From Thermoanaerobaculia bacterium (GTDB lineage Bacteria; Acidobacteriota; Thermoanaerobaculia; UBA5066): a stretch of DNA of 64,000 nucleotides. A program made the translations under genes and the position numbers. Positions within the stretch are counted from its first letter, which is position 1, and each line of letters begins with the position of its first letter. The stretch is taken from positions 2,752,001 to 2,816,000 of the forward strand of contig CAVRAY010000001.1 of NCBI GenBank assembly GCA_963719225.1. Reading direction: 5' to 3'. The notes beneath the pieces were generated by a model. That model was not told the DNA's origin. It did not search any database and worked only from the letters and a program-made list of their open reading frames with translations. Positions 38,930-46,428 of this stretch are shown piece after piece.

Positions 38930-39816
38930 GAGCGCGCGCCGCGGCGCTCGCGCTTCTTTCTTTCGCGGCGTTCCCCGCCGCCGGGTCCCGGGCGCGCCCG
39001 CTGCGCGTCGGCGTCACGCTCAATCCCTATTACTCGTGGATCGCGAACGTGGGCGGGAACGCCGTCACCGTGGTCTCGGTGGTGCCCGCCGGCGCCGATC
39101 CACATTCGTACCAGCCGCGGCCCGAAGACCTCGCGGCGCTCGAGTCGCTCGACGCCGTCGTCGTGAACGGGCTCGGCCACGACGCCTTCCTGGAGCCGAT
39201 GCTCGAGGCCGCCGGCAAGAACGGCCTCGCGCGGCTCGACCCGAACCGTGGCGTCCCGCTCCTTCCCGGAGCCTCGGGGGGAGCGAACAGCCACTCCTTC
39301 CTCTCGGTTCTCGCGGCCTCGCAGCAGATCCAGACCCTGGCGAAAGAGCTCTCCCGCCTCGATCCCGAGGACGCCGCGCTTTTCGAGGAGAACGCAAGGA
39401 GCTATACGAAGAAGCTGCGGCGCCTCCTCGCCGAGGCTCTCGCGCGTCTCGACGGGCTGGACCTCTCCGCTGTCCGCATCGCGACGGTCCACGACGGCTA
39501 TGCCTATCTCTTCTCCGATCTCGGCCTGAAAGTGCAGGCGGTCGTTCAGCCCCGGCACGGCCTCGAGCCCTCGGCGCAGCAGCTCGCCGACACGATCGCG
39601 CGCATCCGGGCGGCGCACGTGAACCTCCTGTTCACGGAAATGGGCCTCGATCGCCGGTACGTCGATACGATCGAGAAGGAGACCGGCTGCCGGATCTTCC
39701 GGCTCACGCACATGGCGGGCGGCGAGGTTTCGAAAGGCCGGTTTCTTCGCGACACGCAAGCGAACCTCGACGCGATCGTCTCCGGCGTCGCGGCGGTCGC
39801 GGGGCGCCGCCCGTGA
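38926..39816 (+). CDS. Metal ABC transporter substrate-binding protein (TroA/ZnuA family, FpvC-like)
   Basis: VGVTLNPYYSW, DPHSYQP, NGLGHD, NSHSFLS, HDGYAY, HGLEPS. Confidence 0.9.
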   Translation: MRARAAALALLSFAAFPAAGSRARPLRVGVTLNPYYSWIANVGGNAVTVVSVVPAGADPHSYQPRPEDLAALESLDAVVVNGLGHDAFLEPMLEAAGKNGLARLDPNRGVPLLPGASGGANSHSFLSVLAASQQIQTLAKELSRLDPEDAALFEENARSYTKKLRRLLAEALARLDGLDLSAVRIATVHDGYAYLFSDLGLKVQAVVQPRHGLEPSAQQLADTIARIRAAHVNLLFTEMGLDRRYVDTIEKETGCRIFRLTHMAGGEVSKGRFLRDTQANLDAIVSGVAAVAGRRP

Positions 39817-40514
39817 GCGCCGCGGCGGGTCCGGTCGTCGCGATCCGCGGGCTGAGCGTTTCGCGCGGACGCGACCTCGCGCTCGACGGCGTCGACCTGG
39901 ACGTCTTCGCGGGCGAGGTCCACGGGCTTGCCGGCCCGAACGGCGCTGGAAAGACGACGCTCCTTCAGTGTCTCCTCGGCCGAATGGCGTTCACCGGCAC
40001 GATCCGCCTCGCCCTTTCCCCAGGCGAGCCGATCGGCTACGTGCCACAGAGCCTCGAGCTCGACCCGGCGCTGCCCGTCTCCGTATCCGACCTCGTCGCG
40101 CTCGCGCTCCGCCGCGCTCCCGTCCTCGGACGGCATTCCCCGGCGCTTCGCTCCCGCATCGCCTCCGCGCTCGCGGAGACCGGATCCGAGGGCCTCGCCG
40201 TGCGCCGTCTCCCCGAGCTTTCCGGCGGCGAGCTGCGGCGCGTCCTTCTGGCGCAGGCGCTCGTTCCGCGGCCGAAGCTTCTCCTCCTCGACGAGCCGGC
40301 CAGCCACGTCGACGACGAGGGAACACGCCTCATCGAGGCGCTGCTTCCCCGCCTCGCGAGGCGAGGCACCGCCGTCCTCCTCGTCGAGCACGACCTCGGC
40401 CTCCTCGGGCGGGTCTCGACGCGCGTCACCTTCCTGAACCGGCGGGTCGTCTCGACGGGCGATCCGGCACGGCTGTCCATTACGGATCCCGTCGCGGAAG
40501 GGATCGCACCGTGA
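39813..40514 (+). CDS. Metal ABC transporter ATP-binding protein
   Basis: GPNGAGKT, YVPQ, LSGGELRRVLLAQAL, LLLLDEP. Confidence 0.93.
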   Translation: MSAAAGPVVAIRGLSVSRGRDLALDGVDLDVFAGEVHGLAGPNGAGKTTLLQCLLGRMAFTGTIRLALSPGEPIGYVPQSLELDPALPVSVSDLVALALRRAPVLGRHSPALRSRIASALAETGSEGLAVRRLPELSGGELRRVLLAQALVPRPKLLLLDEPASHVDDEGTRLIEALLPRLARRGTAVLLVEHDLGLLGRVSTRVTFLNRRVVSTGDPARLSITDPVAEGIAP

Positions 40515-41395
40515 GCGGCGTCTACGAGACGGTGGCCGGATGGGCGCGCGCGGGGTTCCTGCCGGCGATCTTCGTCCACGCGTTCATGGTCCGCGGCCTG
40601 ATCGGCGCCCTCCTTCTCGGCCCTCTCTTCGGAGGGGTCGGCACTCTCGTCGTGGCGAGGCGGATGTCGTTCTTCACGCAGGCGATCGGAAACGCGGCGA
40701 TGACGGGAACGGCCCTCGGCCTTCTGCTCGGCGAGCCGCCCGGATCCACCTGGGCCGGCCTCTACGGATTCTGTTTCGCCTCGGCGATCCTCGTCATTTT
40801 CGTCCAGCACCGCGGCCGCATTCCGTCCGACACCGTCACCGGCCTGTTCCTCGCGCAGACGCTGGGCCTCGGCGTTCTCATGGTGTCGCTCGTCTCGAAG
40901 CGGTTCGACATCCACCAGATCGAGGGGACGCTCTTCGGCAGCCTCCTGACGCTGCGCGACGCCGATCTCGCCATCCTGCTCGCGACGGCGGTCGCGGCGG
41001 CGCTCGCGGGCGGATTCCTCTTCAACGACCTCGTTCTCGCGAGCCTCAGCCCGTCGCTGGCGGCCGCGCGCGGGAAGAAGCCCGCGCTTCTCGACTACGT
41101 CTTCGTGACGCTGGCGACGGCGGTCGTCGTCTCGGGCCTGAAGCTGGTGGGCGCGCTCCTCGTCCTGGTCATGATCGTCGTGCCCGCCGCCGCGGCGCAG
41201 AACGTGGCCTCGAACCTGCGCCAGTTCTTTTTCGCGAGCGTCGCTCTTTCCACGCTCGCCGCCGTGGGCGGACTGTTTCTCTCGGGTTTCCTCCCCGTTC
41301 CGACGGGCGGCGCCATCGCGCTCGTCTCGACAGCCCTCTTCTATCTCACGCTCGCGTGGCGCCCGGTCCGCCGGCGCCGGAAGGTGATTCCATGA
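40511..41395 (+). CDS. Metal ABC transporter permease (ABC-3 / ZnuB family, FpvE-like)
   Basis: GTLVVARRMSFF, LFGSLL, KLVGALLV, VPAAAA, PTGGAI. Confidence 0.9.
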   Translation: MSGVYETVAGWARAGFLPAIFVHAFMVRGLIGALLLGPLFGGVGTLVVARRMSFFTQAIGNAAMTGTALGLLLGEPPGSTWAGLYGFCFASAILVIFVQHRGRIPSDTVTGLFLAQTLGLGVLMVSLVSKRFDIHQIEGTLFGSLLTLRDADLAILLATAVAAALAGGFLFNDLVLASLSPSLAAARGKKPALLDYVFVTLATAVVVSGLKLVGALLVLVMIVVPAAAAQNVASNLRQFFFASVALSTLAAVGGLFLSGFLPVPTGGAIALVSTALFYLTLAWRPVRRRRKVIP

Positions 41396-41712
41396 GGCGC
41401 TTCTTCGTGCTCGCGCTGCTTCTCGCGGTCTCGGGCTCCCTCCTCGCCCATGACATCGCCGTTTGGGCCGAGGTCATGAAGGGCCGCGTCCACGTCGAGG
41501 TGTATTTCAGCGACGGCTCGCCCGTGGGCGACGCGCCGATCGAGGTCTCGAACGCAAAGGGGAAGGTCCTTCTCACCGGGCGCACGGACGCGAAGGGGGT
41601 CTTCGATTTCGCGCCTCCCGAAAGGACCGCGCTCACGATCACCGTTTCCGTGGGCTACGGTCACGAGGCGACGGCGCAGGTGAAAGCCGAGGACCTGAAG
41701 GAACCCGAATAG
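41392..41712 (+). CDS. Small secreted protein with predicted His at the mature N-terminus and FSDGS motif (FpvJ / Ni-transport accessory-like)
   Basis: Signal peptide ending LLA-H, YFSDGSP, GRTDAKGVFDF, GYGH. Confidence 0.65.
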   Translation: MRRFFVLALLLAVSGSLLAHDIAVWAEVMKGRVHVEVYFSDGSPVGDAPIEVSNAKGKVLLTGRTDAKGVFDFAPPERTALTITVSVGYGHEATAQVKAEDLKEPE

Positions 41713-41734
41713 TAGGCCCGCGTCGAGCCCGGGG

Positions 41735-41760
41735 TGATCCGGCCGCGGCCGGGATCCGTA
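41735..41760 (+). promoter_or_regulatory. Putative autoregulatory ECF promoter
   Basis: TGATCC-N16-CGTA, resembling RpoE/ChrR-type promoters. Confidence 0.6.
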
Positions 41761-41840
41761 TTCTGCGTATGGCCCGCGCCCTGCCGATGCTCGGGGAACG
41801 CCGGGCCGGGCATAATCCCGGCCTGAATGCGAGACCGTTC

Positions 41841-42434
41841 ATGAGCGTGGTGCCGCGGCAGGACGGCGCTCGCGCACGGCATGCCGAGCTGATGCACCGG
41901 ATCGCCGCGGGAGACCCCTCCGCGCTGTCCGAGCTCTACGACCTCTCGAGCCGTTACGTCTACGGCATTTGTCTCAAGGTGCTCCGCAACCACGCGGATG
42001 CCGAGGAAGTGACCCTCGACGTCTACGCCCAGGCCTGGCGCCAGTCGGCCCGGTTCGACGCGAGCCGCGGTGAGCCGGTCGCCTGGCTTCTGATGCTCGC
42101 CCGCTCGCGTGCCATCGACCGGCTTCGCGCCCGGGGAGGCATCTCCCGGCACGAAGAGAGCTTCGACCAGGTGCGGGATTTCCCGTCCCCTCTCACGGAC
42201 CCGGAGTCGGGCACGGCGCTGGAGCAGCGCGCGTCCCACGTGCGCGCCGCGCTCGCGTGTCTCCCCGCCGAGCAGCGCGAGGTCATCGAGCTCGCGTACT
42301 TCCAGGGTCTCACGCACACGGAAATCGCCGAGAAGCTCGCGCAACCCCTCGGAACCGCGAAATCGAGGATCCGGCTCGCGCTCCATCGCTTGCGCCAGAC
42401 GCTCGGACCCAATTCGGAAGGGTGGACGTCGTGA
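41841..42434 (+). CDS. ECF RNA polymerase sigma factor (SigK/RpoE-like)
   Basis: ALSELYD, DAEEV, WLLMLARSRAIDRLR, LAYFQGLTHTEIA, PLGTAKSRIR; alternative ATG at 41769. Confidence 0.92.
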   Translation: MSVVPRQDGARARHAELMHRIAAGDPSALSELYDLSSRYVYGICLKVLRNHADAEEVTLDVYAQAWRQSARFDASRGEPVAWLLMLARSRAIDRLRARGGISRHEESFDQVRDFPSPLTDPESGTALEQRASHVRAALACLPAEQREVIELAYFQGLTHTEIAEKLAQPLGTAKSRIRLALHRLRQTLGPNSEGWTS

Positions 42435-42937
42435 GCGACGAGACGAACGACCGCGACGCCCTCGAGCTCGGACGCGAATTCAGCGACGTCATCGAGGCGC
42501 TCGCGTTCTCCGCCGCGGCGACGCCGCCGCCGCACCTCAAGAAACGCATCCTCGAGAGGATCGCCTCCGAGGCTTCCCTGCCTCCCGGCGGACGCGCCGT
42601 GCTGCCCGGCGTCACCGCGGTGCTCGTCGCCGACACCTCGTGGATTCCGGCTCCGCTGCCCGGCCTGGACTACAAGCTCCTTCACCGGGACGATGCCCGG
42701 GGCTACACGACGCGCCTCCTGCGGTTCGCTCCCGGCTCGACGTATCCCGCGCACCGTCACGGCGCCACGGAGGAGGTCTTCATCGTCGCCGGCTCCGTGC
42801 TCCTGAACGGCGTGATGCTCCGCGCCGGCGATTATTGCCGCTCAGAGGCGGGCACCACCGAAACCGCGGCGTACAGCGCGGAAGGCGGGATCGCGATCAT
42901 CGTCTCGTCGGACACCGACGAATTCCTCAGCGCGTAA
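42431..42937 (+). CDS. ChrR-like cupin domain anti-sigma factor
   Basis: PPPHLKKRIL linker then cupin PGSTYPAHRHGATEEVFIVAG...AGDY; coupled to the ECF gene. Confidence 0.78.
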   Translation: MSDETNDRDALELGREFSDVIEALAFSAAATPPPHLKKRILERIASEASLPPGGRAVLPGVTAVLVADTSWIPAPLPGLDYKLLHRDDARGYTTRLLRFAPGSTYPAHRHGATEEVFIVAGSVLLNGVMLRAGDYCRSEAGTTETAAYSAEGGIAIIVSSDTDEFLSA

Positions 42938-42961
42938 CCCGCGCCCGGAGGCTGATCGGCG

Positions 42962-43390
42962 TCACCGCCGCGTGAGAGTGAACGTTCCCGAGACGTTTCC
43001 GCAGCAGGTCGCCCCGGTGCCGGTCGCCTCTCCGCTGTAGCTCCCCGTGAGGCCGCCGGAGGGCGTCAGCGTGGCGCTGCCGCTCGCCGAGCCGCCGCAC
43101 GGCGAAAACCCGCTGAAGCCGATCGAGAAGACGAGCGTCCCGCCCGAGACCGCTCCCTGGAGGCTGCCGACGCCCGGGAATTCCGCGACGACGGTGCAGG
43201 ACGTTTGAAAGAGCGTGACGTCTTCGGTCTTCGAGAGGCCGCACGAGTCCGTGAAAACTCCCGTGTACTGGCCCGTGAGGGGAATGCAGGACGGCATCGC
43301 CGTGGGAGACGTGTCCTGGCGGCAGCCTCCGAGAGGGAGGACGCCCGCGAGGAAACCCGCACAGACGAGGCCGAGCGCCGCCCTTTTCAC
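42962..43390 (-). CDS. Hypothetical Cys/Gly/Ser-rich lipoprotein
   Basis: Lipobox-like LGGC and several further Cys. Confidence 0.65.
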   Translation of the reverse strand: MKRAALGLVCAGFLAGVLPLGGCRQDTSPTAMPSCIPLTGQYTGVFTDSCGLSKTEDVTLFQTSCTVVAEFPGVGSLQGAVSGGTLVFSIGFSGFSPCGGSASGSATLTPSGGLTGSYSGEATGTGATCCGNVSGTFTLTRR

Positions 43391-44694
43391 TCTGCTCCGC
43401 GCGCCGAGGCGAGCCTCTCGACGCTTCCGACGCAGTCCTTGGCCTTATACGTGTGCCCTCCGCACGCGAGGAGAAGCGCGTCGAACGCGCGGCAGAGCGC
43501 GATGAGGCGGCTCGCGTTTCTCCTCGAGACCGGGAAATCCAGAGCGAGCGAGAAGCCGTCGGGCGCGTACCCTCGTGAAGAGCGGTCCGCCCGGTGGCGT
43601 TTGACGACCGCGAGAGAGGAGACGACTCCCATCTCGTGCTGGAGACGCAGCGCTTTTTCGAAGGCCGCCTCGGCGGCATCCCGCGGCACGAAGAGCTGGT
43701 ACTGGATGAACCCGCCCGGCCGGTAGGCCTCGTTCCAGCCGGGCAGATAGTCGAGGAGAAAGGAATACGCGACGAGCGACTGGCGATAGCGCGCCCGCCC
43801 GTGCAGGCGCGAGACGGCGTACTTTCCGAGGTTCACGAACCGCATTTGAGGTCCGGCGGCCATGAGCTTGAGAGCGAAGAGGAGGACCGGCTGCGGCATC
43901 GGCCCGATCCGGATGTCCGCGACCTGCTCCTCGACGCTCAAGCCGTTCCGCTCCCCCTGTTTCACCGCGTGCTCGTTCGCGACGTGGACGACGCTCCGGC
44001 CGAGGCCCGCGCCCCTCGGCCAGCAGTCCATCCACCCGACGACGTAATCCCAGTCTTCCTTCGCGCCGTCGAGAGCTGCGAGCGTCGCGGCGAGATCGGG
44101 CGCCACGAAGGCCTCGACGTCGAGGTAGCCGGTCGCGATCTTCTTGAGCTTCAGCGAGACCTCGACGATCGGATCGCGGAGCCGCCAGTTGCCGACGACC
44201 TCGTCGAAGTCCGGCGTCCCGCGTGCGATCGTCTCGATTCGCCCTCCGTCGCGCAGGATCGAGACGCTCTCGACGTGCTCCGAGATCGTGCCCTTCTTCC
44301 AGCCGTTCTTGCCGTGCACGTTCATGGCCACGGCGCCGCCGAGAGTGACGTGCATCGTCCCCGTCACGACGGGCGGCCAGTAGCCGCGGGGGATCGACCA
44401 TTTCCACAGGTCGCCGAGGGTGAGGCCCGCCCCGGCCCGGACGATCCCGGAGGCTTCGTCGAAGCCGGCCACCGCGTTCAGGCCTGTCATCTCCACGACG
44501 GGGCCGGCGGGGTTCGTCGAGGCGTCGCCGTACGAGCGGCCCGCGCCGCGGAAGACGGGCGTCGCCCCGCTCGCGGCACAGGCCGCGAGCGCCTCGCGAA
44601 GCGCGTCGAGCGAGCGGGGCCGGAAGACCGGGGACACGGACACGTTGTAAAGGCCGAAACCCTCCAGGCGCTCGGGGGGAGGAAGCGCGCTCAC
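43387..44694 (-). CDS. FAD-binding oxidoreductase, DprE1-like
   Basis: RGAGRSYGDAS, PVVTGTMHVTLGGAVAMNVHGKN, GFIQYQ, SLALDFP, YKAKD. Confidence 0.85.
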   Translation of the reverse strand: MSALPPPERLEGFGLYNVSVSPVFRPRSLDALREALAACAASGATPVFRGAGRSYGDASTNPAGPVVEMTGLNAVAGFDEASGIVRAGAGLTLGDLWKWSIPRGYWPPVVTGTMHVTLGGAVAMNVHGKNGWKKGTISEHVESVSILRDGGRIETIARGTPDFDEVVGNWRLRDPIVEVSLKLKKIATGYLDVEAFVAPDLAATLAALDGAKEDWDYVVGWMDCWPRGAGLGRSVVHVANEHAVKQGERNGLSVEEQVADIRIGPMPQPVLLFALKLMAAGPQMRFVNLGKYAVSRLHGRARYRQSLVAYSFLLDYLPGWNEAYRPGGFIQYQLFVPRDAAEAAFEKALRLQHEMGVVSSLAVVKRHRADRSSRGYAPDGFSLALDFPVSRRNASRLIALCRAFDALLLACGGHTYKAKDCVGSVERLASARGAE

Positions 44695-45434
44695 GGCGGG
44701 CCGAACCTCTTGAACAGGAAACGGGGCACGTGCCGCATCGCCAGGCCGAGGAGAGCCCAGCGCCGGTAGACGTAGAAGACCTCGTGCTGCTTTTCGAGAC
44801 GGTCTGCGATGATCCGCGCCGCCTCCTCGGCCGGCGCGACCCAGAAAGTTCCCGCCTTCCCGGCCGTCATCCGCGTCGCGACGTAGCCGGGTTTCACGGT
44901 CGAGACGGTCACGCCGAACGGCGCGAGCCGGTTGCGAAGGCCCTCGAGGAACGTCGAGAGAGCGGCCTTCGAGGCGTTGTACGCGGGATTCCCCTTGCGG
45001 CCCCGGTCGCCCGCGATGGAGGAAATGGCCGCGATCTGCCCGCGCCCGGCGATTCGAAACCAGTTCGAGGCCAGGCCCAGCAGCCTCACGGCCGCGACCG
45101 CGTTGATCTCCATCGTCTCGGCGTCGAATCGGGGCACGCTCGTGACGCCATCGCCATTGTGCATGACCCCGGCGTTGTAGAGGAAGAGGTCGCAGTGGCC
45201 CGTCACGGCGAGGGCTTCGTGGAACGCGGGCTCGAGCCGTGCCGAATCCGCGACGTCGCAGACGACGCCGTTGACCGTCGCGATCGGGAAGCGCCGCCTG
45301 AGATCGGCGACGAGCGCTTCGAGCTTCTCCGGCGACCGCCCGAGGATCGTCACCCAGAAGCCGCGGGCGGCGTACACCTCCGCAAGGGCCTTCCCGAGGC
45401 CGTCCGTCGCGCCGACGAGGATCACCCGCTTCAC
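44691..45434 (-). CDS. SDR family oxidoreductase, DprE2-like
   Basis: GATDGLG, ISSIAGDRGRKGNPAYNASKAAL, TVKPGYVATRMT. Confidence 0.85.
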   Translation of the reverse strand: MKRVILVGATDGLGKALAEVYAARGFWVTILGRSPEKLEALVADLRRRFPIATVNGVVCDVADSARLEPAFHEALAVTGHCDLFLYNAGVMHNGDGVTSVPRFDAETMEINAVAAVRLLGLASNWFRIAGRGQIAAISSIAGDRGRKGNPAYNASKAALSTFLEGLRNRLAPFGVTVSTVKPGYVATRMTAGKAGTFWVAPAEEAARIIADRLEKQHEVFYVYRRWALLGLAMRHVPRFLFKRFGPP

Positions 45435-45474
45435 ACCCTGCTGCTCTCCCGCCGAATCTTCGCAGAGAAGGCGC

Positions 45475-46428
45475 TCACGGCCACACGCTCTCCTTCTCCT
45501 CGTGCCAGTCGCGGGTCATGTCGAGCCAGAACGCGAGGCCCGCATGCGGTCCGAAAGATGCGTAGACCCGGGCGACGCGTGCGTCCTTCACGGCGCGCCC
45601 CCGAAACCTCAGGGTCGCGACCTTCTTGCGTGACCAGGCGTCGAGGCCCAGCTTGCGGTGTCGGCCGAGGAGACGCCCCAGCGTGTCGGCGGCGTAAGGG
45701 CCAAAGCCCTTTTCCGCCCGAATCTCCTCCTCGACTTCCTCGTCGGGACGTTCCGGATCCTCCCAGCGCGTCAGCTCCAGCTTTCCGGAGGCGACGCGCC
45801 GCGCGAAGGAGGCGAGATACGGCGCCCGGTAGCCCCACTTCGCCGCCGCGAGAGTGCGCGCGGTCATTCCCGCGACGAACGGCGCGTCGGGAAACGCGCC
45901 GCCTCGATCGAAACGCTCGATCAGGTTCGTCACCATGACCTTCGTCAGGCCCCAGGTGCAGTTCGTCGTCGCGAGGACCTTCACGGCGTCCTCGAAGAGC
46001 GTCGGCGCGCGCAGGATCCGCCCCGCCCCGCGCCGCGCGACCCACGCGAAGCGGGGGTCGCCGGCGCAGAGGGAATGGAAGGAAGAAAGATCTGCTTTCA
46101 GATCGAGGACCCTCTCTAGAACGCGACCTACGGCGCGAGAAGAAATGTCCGAAGAGAGATTTTCTTTGAAAGGTGAAGAGGGCACGCCCGCCGCCGCGGC
46201 GCGACAAGATGCGCCGCCGCGCAATTCACCCTTCGAAGAAAGCGCCCGTGCCGTCGCGACCAGTCCGCTCGTGCGTTCCCCGACGATGACGCGCACGGGG
46301 CATTCTCCGACCAAGAAAATCAATCCCAGTGTCTTCTCTTTCTCGTCCCACGCGAACGGGGGCAGGTCGTACCAGCCGTGACTCCGCACGACGAGCCCCA
46401 GGTCCATCGGCGGGAGCCTGAGCATCAC
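45475..46428 (-). CDS. HhH-GPD family DNA glycosylase (AlkA/Ogg-like)
   Basis: SHGWYDLPPF, GRILRAPTLFEDAVKVLATTNCTW, WGYRA, KGFGPYAA HhH motif. Confidence 0.8.
   Translation of the reverse strand: MMLRLPPMDLGLVVRSHGWYDLPPFAWDEKEKTLGLIFLVGECPVRVIVGERTSGLVATARALSSKGELRGGASCRAAAAGVPSSPFKENLSSDISSRAVGRVLERVLDLKADLSSFHSLCAGDPRFAWVARRGAGRILRAPTLFEDAVKVLATTNCTWGLTKVMVTNLIERFDRGGAFPDAPFVAGMTARTLAAAKWGYRAPYLASFARRVASGKLELTRWEDPERPDEEVEEEIRAEKGFGPYAADTLGRLLGRHRKLGLDAWSRKKVATLRFRGRAVKDARVARVYASFGPHAGLAFWLDMTRDWHEEKESVWP
46160..46241. repeat. Convergent pair of the dispersed motif inside the glycosylase gene
   Basis: TTTTCTTTGAAAGGTGAA (46160-46177) and TTCACCCTTCGAAGAAA (46225-46241). Confidence 0.8.
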
